Assembly (NCBI GenBank): GCA_017507065.1
Contig: JAFWBO010000063.1
Location: 1 to 44,179 of the forward strand
Source of the DNA: Kiritimatiellia bacterium
GTDB lineage: Bacteria; Verrucomicrobiota; Kiritimatiellia; RFP12; UBA1067
Direction: 5' to 3'
DNA: 44,179 nt
Below are positions 1 to 7,970 of this stretch, piece by piece (the first letter of the stretch is position 1; each line of letters begins with the position of its first letter). A program made the position numbers and the translations under genes. The notes below the pieces were generated by a model. The model was not told where the DNA came from. It saw only the letters and a program-made list of their open reading frames with translations, and ran no database searches.

Positions 1-21
1 GGCAGGCTTTTCGATACGTTT

Positions 22-1917
22 ATGGCATTCGGATTTTTAAAGAAGATAGTCTCTGTTCTGTCCGGCAGCGAAAAGAACTCCCGCAACGGCGGGAAGAATT
101 CCTCTGGGCGCAAGGATCAGGGGCGCAAGGGCGGCAAGAAGCGTCAGGGCGGCAGTCAACAGCGCCAGGAGAAGAAGGGCAGCCGTCAGCAGAAGCAGCC
201 CCAGGGGGGCGAATCGAAGAAACAGCAGCCCCAGCCGCGCCGCTCCGAGCAGCCGCGCCGCGATGCTTCCAGGCAGGATCCCGGCGAGTCCCAGGGGCGC
301 CGCGGCAGGCGCGGCGGAGACAGGGTCAAAGGGCGTGCTCCCCAGGGAATGACGGCGCCTGGCGAGATGCGTCCGGGCGGCGAGATTTCCGAACGCGAGC
401 TTGCGAGGCGCAAGGCCGCGCATGCCGCGTGGGATCCTGCATCGTTCCAGGTGGAGCCTGTCGAAGGCAAGAAGCGTTTCCACGATTTCGATCTTCCCGG
501 CGAGGTTATGCACGCCATCGCTGATCTCGGCTTCAAATATTGCACCGAGATTCAGGCGCTGAGCCTTGAGCAGGCGCTCGCAGGCAACAACATAGCCGGC
601 AAGGCTCAGACAGGTTCCGGCAAGACGGCCGCGTTTCTCGTAGCCATTCTTACGCGGTACCTGAGAACTCCCGAGAAGCGCGCCAAGACGGGGTCTGCCC
701 CGCGGGCGCTTGTCATCGCCCCTACGCGCGAGCTTGTCATACAGATATGCAAGGATGCCGACGCGATCGGCAGATATTCGGCTCTCAGGTGCCTTGCCGT
801 GTACGGCGGAATGGACTACGACCGCCAGAAGCGCGAGGTATCCGGCGCTCCCGTGGATCTGCTCGTCGCCACCCCCGGCAGGCTTCTTGATTTCGTCAAG
901 TCGCACGTCCTCAGCCTCTCCAACGTCGATACGCTCGTCATCGACGAGGCCGACAGAATGCTCGACATGGGCTTCATTCCCGATGTCAGGCGCATAATGA
1001 GCTATCTTCCTCCCAAGGAGAAGAGAGCCACAATGCTCTATTCGGCCACTCTGAACGATACGGTCATGCGCCTTGCTTCGCAGTGGATGGAGAAGCCTTT
1101 CAAGGCCGAGGTGGAGAGCGAGACGAACGCGACCGACACCGTCAAGCAGGTTGTCTACACCGTCCGTGCCGAAGACAAATTCAAGGTTCTCTACAACCAC
1201 ATCGCCCTCCATCCGCAGGCGCGCACGCTCGTTTTCTGCAACAGAAAGGCCACCACCGAGGATGTCTACGAATCTTTGAAGGTGAGAGGCGTGCAGGTTG
1301 AGATGCTTTCCGGCGACGTAAACCAGACGAAGCGCCTCAAAGTGCTCGATCTCTTCCGCGACGGAGAGGTGAGGATAGTCGTGGCGACCGACGTCGCCGG
1401 GCGCGGCATCCACGTGGACGGCATCGAATACGTGACCAACTTCGATTTCCCCTACGAAGCCGAAGATTACGTCCACCGCATCGGGCGCACAGGCCGTGCG
1501 GGCAACACCGGCATCGCGATATCGTTTGCCGACGAGGACGAGTCGTTCGCCATACCGGAGATCGAGAAGTACATCGGCGAAGAGCTCAAATGCACGATGA
1601 TCACCGACGACGATCCTCTTCTCAAAGATCTTCCCCCGCGCGGTTCAAAGCTCGGGAGCGTGGACGAAGCGGCGCAGGCCGCCGTCGATGCGCGCGAGGC
1701 CGTGGGCGACGAGGAGAAAGCGGCTGCCGCCGCTGTCACCGGCGCGAACGCATACACCGCCGCAGGGCGGCCGGCCGTCCTCAAGGACGAGCATCTCGTG
1801 AGAGAGATGCCCGAGTTCAAAAAGGCGTTCGAGCCGCAGCCGCAGCCCAGAGACGAGAGCAATGTCTACTCCGAACCGGTGAGACAGAGCGAGAAATTCG
1901 AGGAGTGGAAATGTTAA
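22..1917 (+). CDS. DEAD-box ATP-dependent RNA helicase with basic low-complexity N-terminal extension
   Basis: 631-aa ORF. Core motifs are visible: GFKYCTEIQ (Q-motif region), AQTGSGKTAAF (Walker A), PTRELV, VIDEADRMLDMGF (DEAD), YSATL (SAT), HRIGRTGRAG (motif VI). Residues 1-150 are K/R/Q/G-rich; the last ~120 aa are Ala/Glu-rich. Only 21 nt lie upstream in the window, so the start is the most upstream ATG; internal Met110/Met116 are not excluded. Confidence 0.9.
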   Translation: MAFGFLKKIVSVLSGSEKNSRNGGKNSSGRKDQGRKGGKKRQGGSQQRQEKKGSRQQKQPQGGESKKQQPQPRRSEQPRRDASRQDPGESQGRRGRRGGDRVKGRAPQGMTAPGEMRPGGEISERELARRKAAHAAWDPASFQVEPVEGKKRFHDFDLPGEVMHAIADLGFKYCTEIQALSLEQALAGNNIAGKAQTGSGKTAAFLVAILTRYLRTPEKRAKTGSAPRALVIAPTRELVIQICKDADAIGRYSALRCLAVYGGMDYDRQKREVSGAPVDLLVATPGRLLDFVKSHVLSLSNVDTLVIDEADRMLDMGFIPDVRRIMSYLPPKEKRATMLYSATLNDTVMRLASQWMEKPFKAEVESETNATDTVKQVVYTVRAEDKFKVLYNHIALHPQARTLVFCNRKATTEDVYESLKVRGVQVEMLSGDVNQTKRLKVLDLFRDGEVRIVVATDVAGRGIHVDGIEYVTNFDFPYEAEDYVHRIGRTGRAGNTGIAISFADEDESFAIPEIEKYIGEELKCTMITDDDPLLKDLPPRGSKLGSVDEAAQAAVDAREAVGDEEKAAAAAVTGANAYTAAGRPAVLKDEHLVREMPEFKKAFEPQPQPRDESNVYSEPVRQSEKFEEWKC

Positions 1918-1925
1918 ATTACCTC

Positions 1926-1955
1926 TTGAAATAAGAGGGGTGAATTTGATATAAT
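1926..1955 (+). promoter_or_regulatory. sigma70-type promoter for rpsL-rpsG (TTGAAA-18 nt-TATAAT with TGn extended -10)
   Basis: TTGAAA at 1926-1931 and TGATATAAT at 1947-1955, in an AT-rich island 38 nt upstream of the rpsL ATG. The CCTCTT/AAGAGG hairpin (1922-1938) overlaps the -35. Confidence 0.55.
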
Positions 1956-1992
1956 ACATAGAAATCCTGAAAAAGCAAGGAACAAAAGATAA

Positions 1993-2376
1993 ATGCCGAC
2001 AATAAACCAGTTGATCCGCAAGGGGCGTTCCCCCTTGGCGAAGCATTCGAAATCGCCTGCGCTGAAGGCCTGCCCCCAGCGTCGCGGCGTGTGTCTCGTC
2101 GTCAAGACGATGACCCCCAAGAAGCCTAATTCCGCTCTCCGGAAAGTGGCGCGTGTGCGTCTCACGTCCGGTTACGAAGTGACGGCCTACATCCCCGGCG
2201 AAGGTCACAACCTCCAGGAGCACTCCGTTGTTCTCGTGCGCGGAGGCCGTGTGAAGGACCTTCCTGGCGTCCGTTACCACATCGTCCGCGGCAAACTCGA
2301 TTCGCTCGGTGTCGCCGGCCGCAACCGCAGCCGTTCGAAGTACGGTATGAAGCGCCAGAAGAAAGAGGAGAAGTAA
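1993..2376 (+). CDS. rpsL: 30S ribosomal protein S12
   Basis: 127 aa. N-terminus [12 protein letters not shown] and the [16 protein letters not shown] segment are diagnostic of S12. Confidence 0.97.
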   Translation: MPTINQLIRKGRSPLAKHSKSPALKACPQRRGVCLVVKTMTPKKPNSALRKVARVRLTSGYEVTAYIPGEGHNLQEHSVVLVRGGRVKDLPGVRYHIVRGKLDSLGVAGRNRSRSKYGMKRQKKEEK

Positions 2377-2379
2377 GAC

Positions 2380-2904
2380 ATGTCCAGAAGAGGCAAAGCG
2401 ATCGTAAAGACGGTCACTCTCGATCCCAAATTCAATTCGGAGCTTGTGGCGCGCATGATCCGCGTGATCATGAAAGACGGCAAGAAGTCCGTCGCCGAGA
2501 AGATCGTCTACGGTGCGATCGACAAGGTGAAAGAGGCTCTCGAGAAGGACCCTGCCAAATTCACGAAGGACGAAAAGGCCTATACCGATCCTCTCGAGGT
2601 GGTCGCGGCGGCTATCGACAACATGAAGCCGCAGGTCGAGGTAAAGACGCGTCGCGTCGGCGGCACGACTTACCCCGTTCCCGTTCCGATCGCCCCCAAC
2701 CGTCAGCTTTCTCTCGCGCTCAGGTGGATGACGCAGTTCGCTTCCGCCCGCCACGGCATGGGCATGCCCGCCGCGGTTGCGGTCGAGATGGTCGATGCGT
2801 TCCTCGGCCAGGGCAATGTCATCAAAAAGCGCGATGATGTCCACAAGATGGCTCAGGCCAACAAGGCGTTCGCCCACTACGCGTGGGGCAACAACGCCGG
2901 CTGA
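2380..2904 (+). CDS. rpsG: 30S ribosomal protein S7
   Basis: 174 aa, starting 3 nt after the rpsL stop. The MSRRGKA...DPKF...KDGKKS..AEKIVYGA pattern is typical of S7, and the rpsL-rpsG order is conserved. Confidence 0.95.
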   Translation: MSRRGKAIVKTVTLDPKFNSELVARMIRVIMKDGKKSVAEKIVYGAIDKVKEALEKDPAKFTKDEKAYTDPLEVVAAAIDNMKPQVEVKTRRVGGTTYPVPVPIAPNRQLSLALRWMTQFASARHGMGMPAAVAVEMVDAFLGQGNVIKKRDDVHKMAQANKAFAHYAWGNNAG

Positions 2905-2933
2905 AGAAGCGGAGCCTCGCTTTTTCGGGATGA

Positions 2934-2966
2934 ATGCTCCGGATTGTTCCGGGGCATTTTTTTTTT
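2934..2966 (+). terminator. Rho-independent terminator ending the rpsL-rpsG unit
   Basis: 10-bp stem ATGCTCCGGA/TCCGGGGCAT (one G-U), loop TTGT, followed by a run of 10 T. A weaker AAGCG/CGCTT hairpin plus T-run lies at 2907-2925. Confidence 0.85.
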
Positions 2967-2986
2967 GCATTCAGAGAATGTCCGAT

Positions 2987-3015
2987 TTGCAGAATATCGG
3001 ATAAAGTGGTATAAT
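2987..3015 (+). promoter_or_regulatory. sigma70-type promoter (TTGCAG-17 nt-TATAAT, TGn extended -10)
   Basis: TTGCAG 2987-2992 and TGGTATAAT 3007-3015, 42 nt upstream of the ATG at 3057. A TCCGAT/ATCGGA hairpin overlaps the -35 and spacer. Confidence 0.55.
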
Positions 3016-3056
3016 ACGCATCACATAAATTTAACGAAAAAAAAGGAAAATACAAC

Positions 3057-3422
3057 ATGAAAAAACTCGTAGCAGTAGCGGCAATCGCGCTCGCGGCCGT
3101 GTCGGCAAAAGCCGACGTAGCATGGGACTGGTGGTTCATGAACGGCACTAAAACGCCCGTCGTCCACCTCGGAATAGCCTGCAAGGCGCTCACGGTAAAG
3201 GCCGCGGAAGTTTCGCTCGTCGCCAACATGACGCCCGTCGTCCGCAACGGCGCACAGGTCAGCCTCTTCTTCAACAAGGCCGAGACTGTTTCGTGGGTCC
3301 AGGGCGCTCTCGTGAACACGGCTTCGTCCGCGAAAGTCCAGGTGGGGCTTCTCAATTTCAACAAGAACGGATTTCTTCCTTTCTTCCCGTTCGTCAATCT
3401 CGACAAGTCGCTTTTCGACTGA
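3057..3422 (+). CDS. small secreted repeat protein, function unknown
   Basis: 121 aa. Signal peptide MKKLVAVAAIALAAVSAKA followed by D. About 5 degenerate short repeats of the form (V/Q)x(L/G)(L/V/F)xN.A (VSLVANMT, VSLFFNKA, VQGALVNTA, VQVGLLNFN). C-terminal NGFLPFFPFVN. A-rich leader with AAGGAAAA before the ATG. Confidence 0.6.
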   Translation: MKKLVAVAAIALAAVSAKADVAWDWWFMNGTKTPVVHLGIACKALTVKAAEVSLVANMTPVVRNGAQVSLFFNKAETVSWVQGALVNTASSAKVQVGLLNFNKNGFLPFFPFVNLDKSLFD

Positions 3423-3453
3423 TTGCCGGCCGAAGCGCAGGTGAGACCGGACG

Positions 3454-4074
3454 ATGGCCGGAATAAAATTGACAAAGACCGAACTCAAGGCGCAGAACGA
3501 CGCCTTGAAAAGGTTTTTGCGTTTTCTTCCGATGCTCCAGTTGAAGAAACAGCAGCTTCAGGGGGTGATCGCCGGTATCGTCGCGAAGACGGAGGAAGTG
3601 CGGGATCGCGAGAGCCGTCTCAAGAAAGAGGTTGACGGCTGGGTAGGGCTTCTCGCCGAGCGGCCCGATCTTGTCAATGGCCTCGTCAAGCTCAAGGAAG
3701 TGAAAGTGTCGTCGGCGAACATCGCGGGCGTCACCATTCCCACGTTCGAGTCTATCGAGACGGAAACTGCCGTGATCGATGCATGGGATACGCCCGCCTG
3801 GCTCGACGACGCCGCTGTCGCCGCCCGGGAATACCTTTCTTTGCAGGCTCAGCGCGACGTGTTCGAAGAACAGCTCCGTCTCGTAGAGAGCGAGCTCAAG
3901 CAGACTTCGCAGCGGGTCAACCTTTTCGAGAAGGTAAAGATCCCCCGTTGCAAAGAAGCCATACGTCTCATTAAAATCGCGCTCGGCGACGAACAGACTG
4001 CCGCCGTCACGCGCGGCAAGATTGCAAAGTCGAGGTCTCCTGGCGAGCCGGACGGAGAGGAGAGCGCGGCATGA
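3454..4074 (+). CDS. ntpD: V-type ATPase subunit D (central stalk)
   Basis: 206 aa. Coiled-coil N-terminus (TKTELKAQNDALKRFLRFLP.L.LKKQQL) and the C-terminal RVNLFEKVKIP motif are typical of V/A-ATPase subunit D. Confidence 0.85.
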   Translation: MAGIKLTKTELKAQNDALKRFLRFLPMLQLKKQQLQGVIAGIVAKTEEVRDRESRLKKEVDGWVGLLAERPDLVNGLVKLKEVKVSSANIAGVTIPTFESIETETAVIDAWDTPAWLDDAAVAAREYLSLQAQRDVFEEQLRLVESELKQTSQRVNLFEKVKIPRCKEAIRLIKIALGDEQTAAVTRGKIAKSRSPGEPDGEESAA

Positions 4075-5729
4075 TTGTCAAGATGAAACATCTCGATCTT
4101 GTCGCTCTCAAGTCTTCGCGCGATGCCGTCGTCGAACGTCTCCGCGCGCTCGGCGCCGTTCATCTCGATCTTGCATCGGCATCGGGTGCGGAGGTTTCTG
4201 CGGCGAAGAGCGAGGCTGCCGATGCCGAAAAAGCCGTAAGATGCATCCTCAAGGCGCGGCGCGATCTCGGTGTCAGGAAGGGAACTGCCGAGCTTTCTCC
4301 CGCCGAAGTGCTTTCGCTCGAAGCCGAAGTCGCAGCCCTCGAAGAAAAAGCCGATTCTCTCCGCCGCGATATAGCGAAGGCGGCCCCTTACGGCGATTTC
4401 GATCCGGCGCTTGCAAAAAAGATCATCGAAGCCGGCGTGGACATTTCGTCTGTAGCCGAGCTTCCTCCCGAGCTGCCCGCCGTGCGGCTTTCCGAAATGG
4501 AAAAGTCGCTCGTCGAGTGCATCGGCGAGAGGCGCGAGGTGCTTTTGCGCATTGCAGGCGCGGATGACGGGCGCATAACGGCCCGCTTTCCCTCGCTTTC
4601 CGCTAAAATAGCTTTTGAAAGCGCGAGGGAACTCATGGCCGACCGTGGCGAGGTGGCCGTCATTTCCGGATGGATTCCTGTAACCGCCGAAAGCCGTTTC
4701 GTGTCCGCAGCGAAGCAAATGGAGGCAGGCTATCTTCTGCGCGATCCCGAAGAAGGGGAGACGCCCCCGACGCTCGTGGAGCCGCCGCGCATATTCAGGC
4801 CGATGAAGGCTCTTTTTGCTGGCCTCGGCATCGCGCCGGCCTACACCGAGAGCGATGTGTCGGTGCCTTTCATGTGTTACTTTTCGCTCTTTTTCGCGAT
4901 GCTTGTCGGCGACGGGGCCTACGGAGCGATTTTCCTTCTCGGCACGCTTGCTTTGCGCAAGAAACTCCCTTCGAGCTGGTTCAAACTTCTCGTCGTGTTT
5001 TCTACGGCGACGGTCGCGTGGGGCGTTCTGTCGAACACGTGGTTCGGCGCGTCCATTCCGGCGCTCGCCGCATTGCCTACTGTGAAGTGGCTCGCCGATC
5101 CGAGTTACAAGAACATGATGTTCCTCTGTTTCACCATCGGCGCGAGCCATCTCATGCTCGCGAGGCTGTGGAACGGCATTTGCCGTTTCCCCGATTCCAC
5201 CGCACTCGCCGAATTCGGCTGGGCGGGGATTCTGCTTTTCATGTATTTCGTGACGAATTCGATCGTCGGCATCTTTTCTTCGATTCCGAATGCCGTATTC
5301 TGGGTTTTCGGCGTTTCGCTCGCGCTTGTTTTCCTTTTCACGGTCAAGCCGTCGCAGCTGAAGACGCGCGGCGCCGAGCTCGGCATGCTGCCGCTCAACA
5401 TAATGAGCACTCTCGGCGACATCATAAGCTATGTGCGTCTTTTTGCGGTGGGGCTTGCTTCGGTGAAGGTCGCGGAGAACTTCAATTCAATGGCCGTTTC
5501 GCTCGTCTCCGACGCTTCGTCTCCCTTCGTGACGGCGCTGATGTCGGTGGCTACGGTGGCGATTCTTCTCGTTGGCCATGCGCTCAACCTCGCCATGGCG
5601 GCGCTTTCGGTGCTCGTGCATGCGGTGAGGCTCAACACCCTCGAATTTTCAAACCACAAGGGCGTAAGCTGGTCTGGCTATGCTTTCGCTCCGTTCTCGA
5701 AACCTCAAACAAACGAAAGGAAAAACTAA
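4071..5729 (+). CDS. ntpI: V-type ATPase subunit I (membrane a-subunit homolog)
   Basis: 552 aa with ATGA overlap onto ntpD. It has a soluble N-terminal coiled-coil half and a multi-TM C-terminal half ending in ...HAVRLNTLEFSNHKG, the conserved R-containing helix region. Confidence 0.85.
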   Translation: MIVKMKHLDLVALKSSRDAVVERLRALGAVHLDLASASGAEVSAAKSEAADAEKAVRCILKARRDLGVRKGTAELSPAEVLSLEAEVAALEEKADSLRRDIAKAAPYGDFDPALAKKIIEAGVDISSVAELPPELPAVRLSEMEKSLVECIGERREVLLRIAGADDGRITARFPSLSAKIAFESARELMADRGEVAVISGWIPVTAESRFVSAAKQMEAGYLLRDPEEGETPPTLVEPPRIFRPMKALFAGLGIAPAYTESDVSVPFMCYFSLFFAMLVGDGAYGAIFLLGTLALRKKLPSSWFKLLVVFSTATVAWGVLSNTWFGASIPALAALPTVKWLADPSYKNMMFLCFTIGASHLMLARLWNGICRFPDSTALAEFGWAGILLFMYFVTNSIVGIFSSIPNAVFWVFGVSLALVFLFTVKPSQLKTRGAELGMLPLNIMSTLGDIISYVRLFAVGLASVKVAENFNSMAVSLVSDASSPFVTALMSVATVAILLVGHALNLAMAALSVLVHAVRLNTLEFSNHKGVSWSGYAFAPFSKPQTNERKN

Positions 5730-5730
5730 A

Positions 5731-6183
5731 ATGAGTGATGCAGCCATGGTAGTCGCAGGGTCTATAGCCTGTCTCGGTCTTGCCGGCGCGGGAAGCGCGT
5801 TCGGTACCGGGCTCGCCGCAGCCGCGGCCGTCGGTGCGTGGAAGAAATGCTATGCGGCGAACAAGCCTGCGCCGTTCCTTCTCCTTTCGTTCGTCGGCGC
5901 GCCCATAACGCAGACTCTCTACGGGATGATTCTCATGTTCATCATGCTCGGCAAGACCGGCGTCGCCGGTGCCGGCGTGCCCGTTCTCGTGTCTGGCATA
6001 TTCGCAGGCCTCGCGATCGGTCTTTCGGCTCTTTTCCAGGGGCGCGCCGGCGCGGCCGCATGCGATGCGCAGGCCGAGACGAATCAGGGCTTCACCAATT
6101 ATCTCGCCGCTCTCGGCATAGTCGAGACGGTCGCCATTTTCGCGATGGTCTTCGCGCTCATCGCCATAGGCAGCATAGGCTGA
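5731..6183 (+). CDS. ntpK: V-type ATPase proteolipid subunit K
   Basis: Start taken at the ATG 1 nt after the ntpI stop (MSDAAMVV...), giving 150 aa. It is a four-helix Gly/Ala-rich proteolipid with PITQTLYG, LFQGRAG and IVETVAIF motifs. The track ORF starting at 5680 overlaps the ntpI 3' end and is probably too long. Confidence 0.85.
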   Translation: MSDAAMVVAGSIACLGLAGAGSAFGTGLAAAAAVGAWKKCYAANKPAPFLLLSFVGAPITQTLYGMILMFIMLGKTGVAGAGVPVLVSGIFAGLAIGLSALFQGRAGAAACDAQAETNQGFTNYLAALGIVETVAIFAMVFALIAIGSIG

Positions 6184-7970
6184 TGCGCCTGCGGCCGTCG
6201 ACAGCGGCGTTCGCTGCGTTCGCCGCGCTTTTTGCGGCGCTGGCCGTGTTTGTTTTCTGGGGGACCTGGGGGCTCGACGCCGCTCCGGTCATGCCCGACT
6301 GCCCTGTCTGGCATCCGCAGGATCATCTTGCGAGATGGTTCGCTGGATGGCTTGAAAGCGGCAAGTTCGTGCCGGGCGATGTCAAGGAATTCCTCGGCTC
6401 GCCGTATTTCTGGCAGGAGCTCCAGTATGCGGCGGCGCTTTTCTTCGCCGCGCTCGGTGCGGCGTATTTCCTGAAAGGACGCGGCCTTTCGCGCGTTTCC
6501 TCGTATGGCGCCGGTCTTCTGCTGGCGTTCTGCGGATATTGGTGTTCGCTTTTCTCGGCGGGGCATCTCGGCTGGTTCCGGTGGATGACATACGGCGTGT
6601 TCGCTTTCGCGCTCGCCGACCGCGCAGCACGGAAGGGGAAACCCCGTCATTGGATATTCCTCGGCGCGACACTTGCATGGGGCTCGTTCTATCAGCCCGA
6701 CCTGTGGCTTCTCTTCACGGTGTTCACCGCAGCGTATTTTCTTTTTGCCTCCGTAAAAACTTTCATCGAGGCAAAGCGGTGCGGAGACGCGCGTGGCTTC
6801 GTTCTGTCTCGCGCTCTCGGCGCTCTCGGCGCTCTCGCGGTTTTCGCCGCGATAGGATTTCCTTCATTCAGGAGTGCGATTGTCAACGATCTCGCCGGCC
6901 GCGACAGCCAGATATCTTCCGGCGAGACTCTTCCTGGCGGCGCATTGGATCAGGCGGAGCGGCGTTGGATATTCGTGACCAACTGGTCTATGCCGCCGGA
7001 AGATACGCTTGAATTCGTCGTTCCCCGCATACACGGCGATACGAGCTGCCCCAATGTCCTCTCTCTCGGCGCTAGGCAGGGTAGCGGCGTAAAACCGTAT
7101 ACAGGGCGCCTCGGGAGGCCGTACGGCGCCGACAAAGGCAACTATCGCCAGCATTCGCTTTATGTCGGCTGGGTTACATGCGTTCTTGCGGTTCTCGGCA
7201 CGGTGTATTTCAGACGTCTGGCCGAAGTGCGTTTTTTTGCGGCGGCCGCGGCGGTGTTCTGGCTTTTTTCGATGGGGCGCTACTGCGAGCCGATCTACAG
7301 GCTCGTTTACGCTTTGCCGATGGGAGACTATCTGCGCGCGCCCGTGAAATGGCATCATCTCACCGAATTCTGCATCTGCATGCTCGCGGGATGGGGGTTG
7401 GAGAGCGTATATCGGCTTCTTGCGGCCAAGGGGGTAAAGCGCGGCACGGCGGCGTGTGCGGTTTTCGCCGTTGCCGTTTTCGGCGCATGCGATCTCGCAA
7501 GGGTGGACAGGCTTTATCTCGCCGTCATGGACATTTCCGCCGTGCGCGGCCGGAACGATGCCGCAGACGACGTAAAGTCGCTCGGAGGCGGGAAAGTGGC
7601 CGATTTCATAGAGGGCGGGTACGGCCTTGCCGCATGGTCGTTCGCTTCTAAAGGTATCGAGATGTCGGCCGATCCTGCCGGGGCGAGATTCCTTTGGATG
7701 CCGGTCGCGCACGCTGCTGCGGCTGGCAGCCGTCTCAAGGCGGCCGGATTCGAGATGGCGGGGACTTACGATATCACGACCGGCGGAATACGCAGGTCTG
7801 CCCGCGGAAGAGCCGTGCTCTATTTCTCGCGCAACGTCAAAACTCCAGTCGCGGAGAAGAAGAGCGAAGGCGCTTTCCCGGCGACGGGCGCGGTGTCGGC
7901 TTCTGTCACGCTTGCCGTGGTGTTCGGGGGAATGGCGGCGTTTTTCGTCAGGATGCGTCGCCGCCCGTAA
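6183..7970 (+). CDS. polytopic integral membrane protein, function unknown (possibly GT-C/YfhO-like)
   Basis: ATG at 6183 overlaps the ntpK stop (TGATG), giving 595 aa. There are many hydrophobic helices in both the N-terminal part and the centre, plus a final TM followed by RMRRRP. The upstream part of the track ORF (5838-6182) is out-of-frame read-through of ntpK. The family assignment is a weak impression only. Confidence 0.6.
   Translation: MRLRPSTAAFAAFAALFAALAVFVFWGTWGLDAAPVMPDCPVWHPQDHLARWFAGWLESGKFVPGDVKEFLGSPYFWQELQYAAALFFAALGAAYFLKGRGLSRVSSYGAGLLLAFCGYWCSLFSAGHLGWFRWMTYGVFAFALADRAARKGKPRHWIFLGATLAWGSFYQPDLWLLFTVFTAAYFLFASVKTFIEAKRCGDARGFVLSRALGALGALAVFAAIGFPSFRSAIVNDLAGRDSQISSGETLPGGALDQAERRWIFVTNWSMPPEDTLEFVVPRIHGDTSCPNVLSLGARQGSGVKPYTGRLGRPYGADKGNYRQHSLYVGWVTCVLAVLGTVYFRRLAEVRFFAAAAAVFWLFSMGRYCEPIYRLVYALPMGDYLRAPVKWHHLTEFCICMLAGWGLESVYRLLAAKGVKRGTAACAVFAVAVFGACDLARVDRLYLAVMDISAVRGRNDAADDVKSLGGGKVADFIEGGYGLAAWSFASKGIEMSADPAGARFLWMPVAHAAAAGSRLKAAGFEMAGTYDITTGGIRRSARGRAVLYFSRNVKTPVAEKKSEGAFPATGAVSASVTLAVVFGGMAAFFVRMRRRP

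Noticed and set aside
37-1476. Long antisense and alternative-frame ORFs throughout the track. Examples: 37-1476(-), 1645-2970(-), 3849-5150(-), 6864-7994(-), 10735-12165(-), 12734-13735(-), 16557-18347(-), 19188-20567(-), 28734-31001(-), 38995-40983(+), 40662-42116(+).
   Set aside because: Each lies opposite to, or out of frame with, a gene that has unmistakable conserved motifs. Their translations are Arg/Ala/Gly/Pro-rich with no recognisable domains. This is the expected artefact of stop-codon-poor GC-rich DNA.
5838-6182. N-terminal 115 aa of the 710-aa track ORF (5838-7970).
   Set aside because: This part is an alternative frame of ntpK and is Arg-rich nonsense. A TGATG-overlapping ATG at 6183 gives a sensible hydrophobic N-terminus.
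6811-6840. Tandem 9-nt repeat GCTCTCGGC x3 inside the membrane-protein gene.
   Set aside because: It is in frame and encodes ALGALGALA within a hydrophobic helix. This is ordinary coding low complexity rather than a functional DNA repeat.
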